From: a virus
Lineage: Duplodnaviria; Caudoviricetes
Direction: 5' to 3' (one strand)
DNA length: 45,880 nucleotides
Virus record (IMG/VR): IMGVR_UViG_3300042246_000004
Span: 1 to 45,880 of that record
The notes under the pieces are model-generated. The model saw only the letters and a list, made by a program, of their open reading frames with translations. It was not told the DNA's origin and did not search any database. The translations under genes and the position numbers were made by a program. Of the stretch, positions 22,301 to 28,772 are shown in pieces; position 1 is the stretch's first letter; each line of letters opens with the position of its first letter.

Positions 22301-25300
22301 GACAAGTTCGTGCGCGACTATTCGCCGTCGCAGCAGCTCAACCAATCCCCCGCCTTCGACGGCCCCGAGGTCGGCAACACGCCCATCGGCGACGCCACCG
22401 AGATCGAGGTGGACGGCAAGCAGCGCCCGACCCGCAACAGCGCGGGCCAGCTGATCCACCCGACCGAGGAGGGCATCCGCAACTTCTTTCGGTGGTTTGG
22501 TTCGAGCCGCGTGGTGGACGAGCAGGGCCGGCCGCTGGTGGTGTATCACGGTACGGCGGAAGATTTTGATGCCTTTCGCAATACGCCGAACGGTGCTTTC
22601 TTCTTCGATGACAAGGAGCTTGCAGAGCTATATGGCAAGCCAGTTCCGGCTTACCTCTCGCTCAAGAATCCGGCGATTGTCGATGCGCAGGGGCAATTCT
22701 GGAATGAGATGGACGCGGTGCAGTCCCCCGTGCTGGATGAGTTGCGCAAGCACGTCCCGAAACTTTTTACCGTGGACCACATTAAGCAGGCGGCGCAAAA
22801 AGCCGGCTATGACGGCGCAATCATCCTCAACACCGTAGACAACGGAGGGGCCGGCAATCAATACATCGCCTTCCGCCCCGAACAGGTCAAGTCCGCCACC
22901 GGCAACAACGGAGCATTCGATCCTGACAATCCTGATATCCGTTTCAGTCAGGGCGAATCAGTCACCGGAACCCCGTTGAGTGTAACGGATCTCGATACGG
23001 TCTTTAATCGGATCGCTCCCCGCCTCAAAAACGGGCAGGGTTATCGAATCTTCGAGAACGTCCGCGACCTTTTTGCGGCGTACCCGGCGATAGAGCAGCA
23101 CGCACGCAAGCAGGGCAGCAACGGCAGCGATGTAGAAGGCGTATTCCATAAAGGTCAGATCCTGATTGTCCGAAACAAGGTAACCAGCCGGGCACAGGCC
23201 GAGGCGCTGATGTTCCATGAAGCCACACATGGCGGCGTGAATGCAATGATGGCGGACGAGGGTATCACCAAGGCCGCCAACCGCCTGTTCATGGCAATGG
23301 GTGGTGGCCGTGGCTTCAAGCAGCACATGGAGCGCCTGGGGCTGCAGGATAAACTGAGGCCCTATATCAAGGGATCAATGGAAACCGGCAAGGATGGCAA
23401 GCTGGTAATGACACCAGAGGAGCGCCGTGCGATGCTGGTGCATGAGCTGTTGGCCTTTACCGGCGAGAAGAACAGTAAGGGCATCAAGCAGAAAGCGCGG
23501 GAGCTGATCGGCTTTATCCGCCAGTGGTTCCGCAAGCATGGCTATCTGGCATCATCCGAATTGAGCACTGCGGAAATTTCCTACATGGTACGACAGGCAC
23601 GGAAGTACACGCTGGGCGGCAAGGGTAAAGCCGGTGCGCCAAGGTTCATTGCGCCGACTATGTTCTCGCGTTCGCAGGAGTCTGGTAATGTCGATCCTTC
23701 AAATGGAGGTGATGTGGTGCATAACAACCGGACACTTACAGGAAAAGCGATCCCTATATTGGTTATCAAGGATAGTGACGCACCTATGGCAGGCATTCTT
23801 ACCAATGCAGGTAACAGCCGGTTTGAGTTCAGGGTGCATCCAGCGGCTGACGCTCACGACATGATAGATATCGCTGTAAAAGAATTTATTGGTGAGCCAA
23901 AGTACCTAAACGATGGTGAATACTACCGTTTCACGAACAGTAAAAATGAGCAGTCACTGATCAGAAGCGGAAAGTTCAAGGCATCCACTAATCACGCAGA
24001 CGGCATAACTGAAGATGGTATTTCGGTTGCAGATGGACCGCACTACGGTGTTATGGGGTACAAGTATGGCTACAGGGTGACTGGTGATGTAATAGGAACC
24101 GGTGCTGACGGCGAACCTGTGATGAATCCATCCACCATGAAGTTTGGCAAGGTCAAAACAACAGAGGATATAGAAGCCGAAGCACGCGATATTAGAAATA
24201 AATTCTTTGCTCAACGAGCTAATGATTTAGGTATTAGCGAGAATGTCCTTCGCTACTTATCTATGCCTGGAAACTTCAATTTGGACGGCGAGCTTCAAGG
24301 CAGGCAGCTTATCCGCGATAAAACTAGGTTTGAGAACGCCTATGGCGAGGCATTTGTTGATGACGGAGCGAATGCAGCCCCAATGTTCCGCCGCAGCGGT
24401 GAGTCTGATGCCGATCTATCCGTGGTAGCCAAAGCACAGCGCACACTGGGCAACAACGACCGCAACGCATGGGACAAGGTGAAGCGCACCTTTAAGCGCA
24501 ACTTCACAGCTGCAGGTCTGCTGCCTGACAGTGTGTTCCGCGAGAAGGTACTGCGTGATTCCGAGGTGAACGCGCATGAGTTTGATACCGCGCATTATAT
24601 CGGCGCCTTGGATCGTGCGATCAGCAAGGCATACGGTGCCAGCTACAACAAGCTGACCGATGCCCAGCGTGAAGCGCTGGATGCGCAGATGAAATCCACC
24701 GAGCCGGATATGTCGATCCCTGAGCCGGTACGTGTAGCGCTGATGGATATGCGCCGCTCCATTGCCGGCCTATCACAGCAGTATGCTGAAATCCTGCAGC
24801 AGCAGGTTGAGGAACTGCAGGCCCAGAGTAATGATGCTGATGCGATGGAAAATGCCATGCTGCTTGAAACCATCATCAACAACATGGATACCTACGCCCA
24901 CCGCAGTTACCGGGCGTTTGACGATCCCGATTGGCCAGCCAAGGTAAGCAAAGATCCTGAGATATTCCCGCAGGCCGTGGAATATCTGAAAAACCGCCAG
25001 ATGGAGCAGGGCATGCAGGAAGCCGAAGCCGAACAGCAGGCGATCCGCATTGCGCGCACCATTCTGGAGGAAGGTACCGCATACGAAGATATGACCAGCA
25101 TGATCAAGGAGAGCAAGCTGGGTGCCAAGGATCTTTCTATCCTGAAACGCCGCAAAGATATCGCGCCTGAGATCCGCGCCCTGCTGGGTGAGTACAAGGA
25201 CGTGAAAATCAACTACGCCAAGACGCTTGCCAAAATGAGCCGGCTGGTGGCGAATACCAAGCTGCTTGACCGCATCAAGGAGATCGGACTGGCTGAAGGC

Positions 25301-27091
25301 TGGTTGTTCACTGAGGATAACAAGCCACTGGATCAGAGTGTGACGAAGGTGGCCGGTGACGCCTCCGAAGTGTACGCGCCATTGAATGGCTACTACGTTC
25401 CGAATGAGATCAACCAGGCGCTGATCGACACGCTGGGCAAGGAGCAGATGGCAGACTGGCTGCGTGCAGTGATCCGTATGAATGGCCTTGTTAAATATGG
25501 AAAAACCGCCCTTAGTCCGACAACCGCGTTCCGTAACTGGATGAGTGCCGCATTCTTCGCAATGGCGAATGGTCACTTCGATATTACCCAGATGCGCAAG
25601 TCGATCAGCGGCTTCAGTGAATACTTCGGCCACGGTGAAAACCCAGAGAAGGTTGCATACCTTCGCAAGCTGAAAGAGCTTGGCGTGGTGTACGACACCG
25701 CCTATGCCGGTGAGATGATGGATCTATTGGCTGATGCCAAAGGCGGTTGGGCTGAAAAGCTTTTTGAGAAGCCCGGGTTATCCAGCCTCAAGGCAGCAAA
25801 CGGGCTGGCACAGAAGTTCTACCAGTACGGTGATGACTTCTGGAAGATCATGGGCTTTGAGAACGAGAAGGCCATGCTGATGAAGCACAAGGGAATGAGC
25901 GAGGCCGAGGCGGAAGTGGAAGCGGCAGAGCGTATCCGTAACACCTACCCGACCTACAGCATGACCGGTCGAGCTGTAAACTGGCTGCGCCGGTTCCCGC
26001 TGGCGGGTACCTTCGTATCCTTCCCGGCCGAGATCATCCGCACGCAGTTCCACATGCTGCGGTATCTCAAGCAGGATATGAAGGATTCCCCGGCCTACGC
26101 TGCCCGCAAGGTGGTGGGCCTGGCGATGGTGTCCGGTCTGGCGTATGCCGCCCAGGCATTGAGCAAGGATCTGTTTGATATCGGGGATGATGAGGAAGAG
26201 GCGGTTCGCTTGCTGGCAGCCAGCTGGAACAGCAACTCCAACATCTGGTTCATGGGCCGGGACGAGAATGGAAGCATCCGCTATCTTGATTTCAGCTTCT
26301 TGGACCCGTACAACTACTTCAAGCGTCCGATCAACGCCGTGATGCGTGACCAGCCGCTGGACAAAGCCGCAATTCAGGCAGCCGGTGAGATGCTGTCGCC
26401 TTTCTTCGGAACGGATATCGCCTTTGGTGCGATCTCGGAAATCTGGAACAACAAGAAGGAAGGCGGGGGTCGGGTGTATAACCCGCAGGATATGGCGCTG
26501 GATCAGGCCCAGAGTATTGCCAAGCACTTGCGCAAGGCGATACAGCCCGGCTTTGTCGGCAACATGGAACGGGCATGGATGGCGGCCAATGATCAGGTAA
26601 CAGCAAGCGGCAAGCGGTATAAGGCAGAGGAGGAGTTGGCAGCCTTCTTTGGCTTCCGTGCTTCAACCTTCGACCCCAAGACTGCGCTGTACTACAACAG
26701 TTTTGAGTTCAAGGATCGCAAGCGGGATGCCACGGCTGTGCTGATGAATGTCGCCAAAGACCCGAACAGCGTCAGTGATGGCGATCTGATGAGGGCTTAC
26801 GACACGGCCAGCCGGTCAAGGCTGCGTGCCTACACTGATATGATCCGTCTGGTGCAAGCAGCCAGGGCAGCTGGTATGAACAATATGCAGGTGAATGCCT
26901 CACTGCGCCGCAGTGGTATCAGTAAGGCTGATATCAGGGCGCTCATGCAGGGACGGATACCGGCATGGCGCCCCGATCAGAGCATGATGCGTAACACGAT
27001 CCGCAAGGCAGAGCTTCTGTACGGACCGGACGTGGTGCGCGAAATGCGCGAGCGTGAAAGGGCTATTATTCAGCGGGGTTACAGGGAGTAA
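10391..27091 (+). CDS. Giant DarB-like polyvalent virion protein (5566 aa): DdrB-like ParB, N6-adenine MTase, SNF2 helicase, ART-like domains, HExxH peptidase, helical C-terminus
   Basis: ParB-like LQPRDR...GAPIVGPDGVVESGNGRT (~13060-13560); MTase motif I VLEPSMGIG (~16970-16996) and motif IV IGNWPF (17171); helicase HEVGTGKT (19007), LLVDEAH (19559), TGTP and QRNGRGHRQGN (20729); VVYHGT...GYDG...YIAF (22541-22880); HEATH (23216). Confidence 0.9.
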   Translation: MSQNPFSDPNFGSEFLSDEEKQSQAQTPAPAQAQTAAQPTGFKPRSTNPYSDPNYGAEEEGRTFGEIAKDSGAALMQGFATMGGDIAWLADKATGGVVDIGFQKAADRATEYWQDAKSDKMKASNQALAEAEGFTGILKTAWDRPEVIPDIVISSAPNALPVGAMSRAARAVKGAKAAVATAIGAGGALEGANAGRETENKVRDMTAEKLAEVSPQYMQLINQGVSHEEAAAQVANRAGLTAFAVSAPLAMLASKVTGAGRLEADFFTGKGLKGFFDTVLRESAEEMAQEASNPFGSNVGIKTQVNPNQSLAEGVPEGAALGLIAGAGQGTPMAALQRFVPPAKVQPTPTQDNPDPEPVERPDPSNGPISAAAAQMAPVQTAEDLGVQFPEAQDWSQYDRPAVQRQQDRQPQRADDVVSQMVGQARQIGDADAEVRLETANRLYRTIDRLMKEGNEEQARWNAYRADQIIREVSPRLPQAQQAEGAQTAVSTLPALITDDGVDLRDLAAQGQERAITGAAETAAKNQLIRKTVDDQTFAIGKVNQRSEYYGKLADLAQSLPKGTQMVDAATNEAWSVQASESGVTLTNDATGQTTTLQQNETGTWTRTGEVLPPSEFKLRGNLTPAEQVGTQAQGAEQKRNSVIKAGRDDKYGIDVQMKRDNEGFTITESDPNTQDVKITSGMGGVYRNDQILNREGEFVDALQIVQMGNATAEQTPFRGSKDEMKKAVELAAEIEFARKTGDMQKVDSLESQLSDLVSGVKTKPAPVQKNMIERALDRLTSEGATGPEVNQQIAELERIQQGLARSGRTADEALAYLDKQGRYDLVRAIDPEAIRLSSGNKPFQTEDKAKASLYFEQNKKFASVVPYGDGFAVRVDKARQKEEQRTGQQETAYLPDNTPINTRFVVVDLDELVPSNMPDGKINQAYPGELQPRDRTNANSMVQVRNISANLNPERLGSSRDASTGAPIVGPDGVVESGNGRTMAIAAAYQQGGDRAGAYRKYVIEQARQQGMDVDAVSRLKHPVLVRERISSIDRAEFARRANESQVAGMTAYEQAMSDADMLKADDLQLWEPDQSGDPLAASNRDFQRIFVRLLGNNEAARYTTRSGQASPELGARMQRAVFAKAYRDADMVEMVTEQSDQMRNLVAALQEAAPDLAVAREYGGQNAVAAISTINDAVRIVRKSRQDGTSVHDLTRQSDVFSEPVPETTAYVAEQIDLNIRSRRALADAMRYIGHAVRNEAETAMNGSLFGDSVTNEDIFGAAFRQNQDNGDGQQSPEWDVPAGIQEGEQNPAAGGSEQEAEVEPLLQSYTEEELAERERERLAEEARIAEEQRKTEEKAEADAQVDGFTLSGSNRPADVAASQGQQDLLGGGQVSQPDPNTVSENWKVIGENLQGHEVSENTVTGLRSWKSNSGSNTEQGRIEGDNTYESATDQVIRNRRVQYKTRSEIEAENEAANPPKTSDGREIVEHTTKKGRLLRGVIVEGLNLKQAKAIDQYSFKKGNGFYIKVENWEAHLAEQKPESKPEPKPEPNQETAVGIELDPDEALGGATADGQVTGMADNAPAAGDDGKAATLQKMVSKGEGVFNRMYQSLKKTTETEGVDYLESQSTLGLSQRKNLEVFLDSRGYSRKTNQAGSTRVNVEDNSNEQISITFSPGGSAVMRVARGTAEDSVAVEQAEPGQSQRTYTQQELRNAHRMAASVMHGKLNGLKALPLRQIAKPFLESQGVPVPRTKAETIAAVTDFDRVSALASVGVFNVELSDSVMGPLQAEMEGRIATEQAEPAPAVDIRTEGRENATEAEQAQAENQRPQVSENTIFTEDAAEEARRILMASLGQVNSGIDPKVMQAGITLAGYHIEKGARTFAAYAKAMTNDLGEMVKPYLKSWYMGVKYDPRAAGFDGMDDAATVDAADIDALLSAPATLETEANSQEVGDGTTESEMDQPDQTGVSATAEGRGGFTQPSSTQTDTQDLAGTEPGNVEPTASGETDGGAGVRAATENVADDGRTGGSGVSANGRPRTGGSRTPDAGTGSGSAAEGGRPTGGNAAPKPGVKDPASTSPAYTGPGNYHIDNPLEVVGGGQVARFNKNKQAIELFNDIRDNGRTATREEQDILAGYTGWGSFGQELFQGTWNNPKPKAGWEARDAWLREQLGQAEWESMQRSITNAHYTDPPTVMAMWDMVKRMGFEGGRVLEPSMGIGNFYGMMPRELKNRSQLSGIELDMMTGGMAQMLYPNANIKIMGYQESKTPDDFYDVIIGNWPFENTAIADRRYNKFSPMLHDYFFLKTLDQVRPGGIVIGITSKGSMDKKDSKIRSELAKKAELVASFRLPSGAFEEYAGTKVVTDIIILKKRAEPLGMATNEGWIKSVPYMTPQGQEVFINEYYASHPDHVIGTIEYGHGTTFNRPGMIVTRPNNMAEQLQRIVNMVPQGVFESRRVDNNVAYITNHTADREGSLTQQDGKLYVVRGEHLAPAEQVVKYSVKSEKTTAEREQQLRDLIGIRQAYAHLIEAENGLSGSDPEPLRKELRKQYNAFTKANGPLNESWGLQYLKRIDDPFRPALAALESERNGKTVPAAILERSTIRTPRTIDNPTVREAFVLARNESVNPTLDKIAQLSGKPAEEVKTELIDSGAVFELPGGDIVPSDIYLSGNVREKMRQAVAALEEGNAAMQHNIDELQKVMPKDVPYFNIEAQLGASWVPTAVYEEYVAHMLDAGSTDDIRVTYAGGKWKVDIASRLYLNTAGSTGFGTPRYNFNKLVNAAFGNQTVTIKAKDPDGNEFVDEEGSAEVNGKISDMRSKFKEWLWQDPDRRLNVEREYNEVRNAYATPRFDGSFLRFDGMALTLGTGPFNLRQHQADAIWRALVTRRSLNAHEVGTGKTFTMGGIAIESRRYGIAKKPLILAHNANSASVAHEIEMMYPAAKVLYIDNLDPKSIERKMRQIANDDWDAVVLPHSQLSKLALREDTLMAMAQEDIADLERQAIEAAEEDGAALDVDMMDALLDGDKTALKKVRSPTAKDLVKMRNRVIETIRKQGQKASKANAISFEELGIDMLLVDEAHVFKKPPFATRMKMKGLNTQASDASIALNFLARYVRANNNGGNIHLFTGTPVTNTLTEVFHMMRYIMNEEMQQQDLDQWDGWFNSFASEVMDIELNGAGEYEPVTRLAGFINVPELRKMIGQYMDTVFADDMPEMQPRKTASGKTLSSPDLTELERADLLNGRTEGAKDRPYKKVINESSDLSPEQMDAFNEVKRYAQAFRNMTPLERKQAAQNGEPEAPLIYERIANEASFDVRLLKKEELAGQEGKVPDHPNSKISRAINNILEIYHSDDRATQVVFSDTGLHKTGSRSVGEPGEKQQITFPAFSPIHDMIERLVQAGIPREQIALIAGSNTSKEKRKEIAEKMNRSEIRVVLGSTASLGVGVNMQKNLRAMHHLDAPWMPGDLEQRNGRGHRQGNQWNTVLEYRYLTDRIDGRRWQVLAVKQRFINAFLKANEDSRIIEGDAASDDGSDILESFSEAAGDPRILIRKKMESKLEQMRQRRRLHDQGMVDAKNRVAGQREKLRRNQEEAKRFEQSGAIERAQQIIERNAGANFTMKIGDQTVTDRKTAQELIESFVAENVRMGDAYQVFGEFDGLPVQIALEQRAAVPYLKMDINGIEVKSNSQKVITLENALRALPKTYNDLVAENAETEQNIQRLIQVSNEPFSQEKELQRMEQDLAALEQDIQDNPVAPPVWLRNGAPLETEVQWKGKPFEVTGHRWNSDGWFVLAKDARGSVVIPYTEVTDNQGMPLYEEREFESPDVVTKDQDQSGDDAIIKNTPQFSRSIPQTNKREREGVALSAAGGQVPEQSGVVRVIYRGTNDSGERISGGIAEGTLFAAADEATARNYAGTGGKIERIGVKQDAKVLVEGTKEFAQVTGRRRGKLIDTMRKGENLKTAADDAAAKARAAGYDALEFTSLKDLGIAIFNEDKFVRDYSPSQQLNQSPAFDGPEVGNTPIGDATEIEVDGKQRPTRNSAGQLIHPTEEGIRNFFRWFGSSRVVDEQGRPLVVYHGTAEDFDAFRNTPNGAFFFDDKELAELYGKPVPAYLSLKNPAIVDAQGQFWNEMDAVQSPVLDELRKHVPKLFTVDHIKQAAQKAGYDGAIILNTVDNGGAGNQYIAFRPEQVKSATGNNGAFDPDNPDIRFSQGESVTGTPLSVTDLDTVFNRIAPRLKNGQGYRIFENVRDLFAAYPAIEQHARKQGSNGSDVEGVFHKGQILIVRNKVTSRAQAEALMFHEATHGGVNAMMADEGITKAANRLFMAMGGGRGFKQHMERLGLQDKLRPYIKGSMETGKDGKLVMTPEERRAMLVHELLAFTGEKNSKGIKQKARELIGFIRQWFRKHGYLASSELSTAEISYMVRQARKYTLGGKGKAGAPRFIAPTMFSRSQESGNVDPSNGGDVVHNNRTLTGKAIPILVIKDSDAPMAGILTNAGNSRFEFRVHPAADAHDMIDIAVKEFIGEPKYLNDGEYYRFTNSKNEQSLIRSGKFKASTNHADGITEDGISVADGPHYGVMGYKYGYRVTGDVIGTGADGEPVMNPSTMKFGKVKTTEDIEAEARDIRNKFFAQRANDLGISENVLRYLSMPGNFNLDGELQGRQLIRDKTRFENAYGEAFVDDGANAAPMFRRSGESDADLSVVAKAQRTLGNNDRNAWDKVKRTFKRNFTAAGLLPDSVFREKVLRDSEVNAHEFDTAHYIGALDRAISKAYGASYNKLTDAQREALDAQMKSTEPDMSIPEPVRVALMDMRRSIAGLSQQYAEILQQQVEELQAQSNDADAMENAMLLETIINNMDTYAHRSYRAFDDPDWPAKVSKDPEIFPQAVEYLKNRQMEQGMQEAEAEQQAIRIARTILEEGTAYEDMTSMIKESKLGAKDLSILKRRKDIAPEIRALLGEYKDVKINYAKTLAKMSRLVANTKLLDRIKEIGLAEGWLFTEDNKPLDQSVTKVAGDASEVYAPLNGYYVPNEINQALIDTLGKEQMADWLRAVIRMNGLVKYGKTALSPTTAFRNWMSAAFFAMANGHFDITQMRKSISGFSEYFGHGENPEKVAYLRKLKELGVVYDTAYAGEMMDLLADAKGGWAEKLFEKPGLSSLKAANGLAQKFYQYGDDFWKIMGFENEKAMLMKHKGMSEAEAEVEAAERIRNTYPTYSMTGRAVNWLRRFPLAGTFVSFPAEIIRTQFHMLRYLKQDMKDSPAYAARKVVGLAMVSGLAYAAQALSKDLFDIGDDEEEAVRLLAASWNSNSNIWFMGRDENGSIRYLDFSFLDPYNYFKRPINAVMRDQPLDKAAIQAAGEMLSPFFGTDIAFGAISEIWNNKKEGGGRVYNPQDMALDQAQSIAKHLRKAIQPGFVGNMERAWMAANDQVTASGKRYKAEEELAAFFGFRASTFDPKTALYYNSFEFKDRKRDATAVLMNVAKDPNSVSDGDLMRAYDTASRSRLRAYTDMIRLVQAARAAGMNNMQVNASLRRSGISKADIRALMQGRIPAWRPDQSMMRNTIRKAELLYGPDVVREMRERERAIIQRGYRE
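16159..16167 (+). promoter_or_regulatory. Putative internal extended -10 promoter for the nested gene
   Basis: TG-c-TACACT matches TGnTAnnnT, about 32 nt upstream of ATG 16200. Confidence 0.4.
16200..16556 (+). CDS. Nested (overprinted, +1 frame) 118-aa helical protein inside the giant gene
   Basis: SD GAGGT at 16190-16194 before ATG 16200; protein-like helical sequence, while the host frame here is a G/T/A/E/S low-complexity linker. Confidence 0.6.
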   Translation: MEQLSPKWISQIKLEYQRLQRDEEVLHNQVLHRRILKTWREQSPAMWSRLRAAKLTEALAFVLQQRMWQMTDELEAAGYPPTDAREQAEAEHLMLEPEADLQQREADRLEEMQRRNLA

Positions 27092-27301
27092 CTACCGCCC
27101 CTGATAGTATGGCTTAGGTGGGTCCGGGGGATACCTCGGGTCCACATACTCCTCATGCACAAATATGAAGTAGCCGAAGAACAGCAGGATTCCTCCGAGT
27201 ACAATCCACGGCCACACGTTGTCGATGAACCATTGCTCCTTTTGAACATACCGCAGGCGCTTCCTGAATTGCTCCTAGGTTTCGTCTTTGCGTCTACCCA
27301 T
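27092..27301 (-). pseudogene. Small single-pass membrane protein gene with an in-frame TAG at codon 9
   Basis: GAGG SD; reads MGRRKDET*EQFRKRLRYVQKEQWFIDNVWPWIVLGGILLFFGYFIFVHEEYVDPRYPPDPPKPYYQGR*; internal TAG at 27275-27277; final stop abuts the giant gene's stop. Confidence 0.65.
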
Positions 27302-27337
27302 GACCGGCCTCACTTTTGTTATGCTGTTGTTATGTTT

Positions 27338-27555
27338 CGGCACACAAACGGCACACAAAAACACCTCTATTCACAACACATTGAAAACAAAGGTGTTTTA
27401 TGTCGTCAACAGAACTGAATTCGTGTTCTTTTCATGCACTCTTAATGCCTTGTTTATATTGAAGTTTTAGGAATTTTTATGGATGGATGAACAGTGTTAA
27501 CTGTCCCATGTTGTCCCATGCTGTGCCATAAATCGGCACACAAGCGGCACACGGC
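27338..27555. mobile_element. Putative attP region with integrase arm-type repeats
   Basis: CGGCACACAAA twice (27338-27359) and CGGCACACAAG/CGGCACACGGC (27534-27555) flank an AT-rich stretch with IHF-like sites; three tandem 10-mers YTGTSCCATR at 27501-27530; directly downstream of int. Confidence 0.75.
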
Positions 27556-27557
27556 GA

Positions 27558-28772
27558 TCACTCTGATTCAGGCAGCCTGAATTGGTATTCCTGATGCCTT
27601 GATGCGGCCAGCTTCACCGCTTTGGCGTAGTGCTTTTCGAGCATGGCAAGACTGGTATGCCCGGCCTGTTGTGCAACCCAGGTCAGCGGCTTGCCGGTGG
27701 CGATCATCAAGCTGCAGAAGGTGTGCCGCGTCTGCTTCGGTGATCTGTGCTTGCGCGATATCCCAGCCTTCTCAAGATACCGATCCCAGAAGCTGCGTAT
27801 GTAGGTCCGCGTCATCCAGTAGTATTGGCTCTTTGCCATATTATAGATGGGCGGGAACACATAGGGACAGCCGGGCAGGGTAAATTCCTGCTGTGCGATC
27901 AGTGCCTGTCTGGCCGGGCCTGTCAAATCAACGATTCGATCCTCCCCAGTCTTGGTGGTTTTCAGAAACTCCCGGTTGTTGGCAATACCAACGGCTCTAC
28001 GGACGTGAACCGTACCAGCCTCCAGGTCTACGTCATCCCAGCGCAAAACGCGCCCCTCCTGCAGCCTCAAGCCCGAGAAGAACATAAACTGCAGGTAGTT
28101 TCTCAGGGCAGGCTTATCGACTACCGACAGCAGCCGATACACTTCATCTTCACTGAGCGGGTTAATCTCCTCCTTCCGTTGCTGTGTGGTTTTCTGACCC
28201 AGATAATCAGCAGGGCGGACGTGCTCGAACGGGTGTTTCTCCAGCACGCCATCCGCCACCGCTGCCCGGACCACCGGATTTATTAACGACAGCAGTAACT
28301 GCCCGTAATTGAGCGCGAAGCTGGATCGCTTCAGCCAATTCTGGATATGCCGCCCAGACAGCTCGCCCAATGTAATGCCCTGAAACTCGGGATAGATATG
28401 CAGGTTAAACTGCTTCATCCGTTCGCTGTAGGTGGATTCGGCCCAGCCGTACCGCCCGGTCAGCTTGCGCTTGCGCTTCATGTACTCCAGCACGGCATCG
28501 GTCAGCAGCTGGTTTGCCGGGTCTGCAGTATCGAAGCGCTCAAAGTGATTGTCAGGCTGGAACACGCCCATTTGAATTTCAAGGCGGATCTGTTCCAGCT
28601 TGCGGTTGGCTGCGCGGATATTGTTTGCGGTAGGCGGGACGTTGAGTGAATACCGGTAACGCTTGCCTTTGAAGGTGTAGCCGATCTGGATGATCTGATT
28701 ACCGGCCTGAGTGGTGCGGATTGTTACGCCGCGGATCGGCGCCTCCGTGCGGCTGTTTTGTTTTCTAACCAT
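27558..28772 (-). CDS. int: Tyrosine integrase with N-terminal arm-binding domain, 404 aa
   Basis: SGLRLQE (Arg I), TKT (Lys), KQTRHT (variant HxxR), AGH and catalytic Tyr in KHYA. Confidence 0.93.
   Translation of the reverse strand: MVRKQNSRTEAPIRGVTIRTTQAGNQIIQIGYTFKGKRYRYSLNVPPTANNIRAANRKLEQIRLEIQMGVFQPDNHFERFDTADPANQLLTDAVLEYMKRKRKLTGRYGWAESTYSERMKQFNLHIYPEFQGITLGELSGRHIQNWLKRSSFALNYGQLLLSLINPVVRAAVADGVLEKHPFEHVRPADYLGQKTTQQRKEEINPLSEDEVYRLLSVVDKPALRNYLQFMFFSGLRLQEGRVLRWDDVDLEAGTVHVRRAVGIANNREFLKTTKTGEDRIVDLTGPARQALIAQQEFTLPGCPYVFPPIYNMAKSQYYWMTRTYIRSFWDRYLEKAGISRKHRSPKQTRHTFCSLMIATGKPLTWVAQQAGHTSLAMLEKHYAKAVKLAASRHQEYQFRLPESE

Noticed and set aside
24773-26527. Long antisense ORFs (286 and 249 aa), and similar ones at 244-951, 1065-1832, 15536-16237, 20645-21322 and 44970-45749
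   Set aside because: Shadow frames of GC-rich sense genes; no SD noticed, no motifs, atypical composition.
27275-27277. Genome-wide amber (TAG) reassignment
   Set aside because: TAG is a real stop elsewhere: ssb ends DIPF-TAG and the resolvase ends in TAG. Long genes are not fragmented under the standard code.
27155-27470. Plus-strand ORFs of 87 and 60 aa
   Set aside because: They run across the att repeats and oppose a more convincing minus-strand membrane-protein frame.
27338-27555. CRISPR-like or mini-array
   Set aside because: Repeats are only 10-11 bp, tandem and without unique spacers; position next to int fits attP binding sites.
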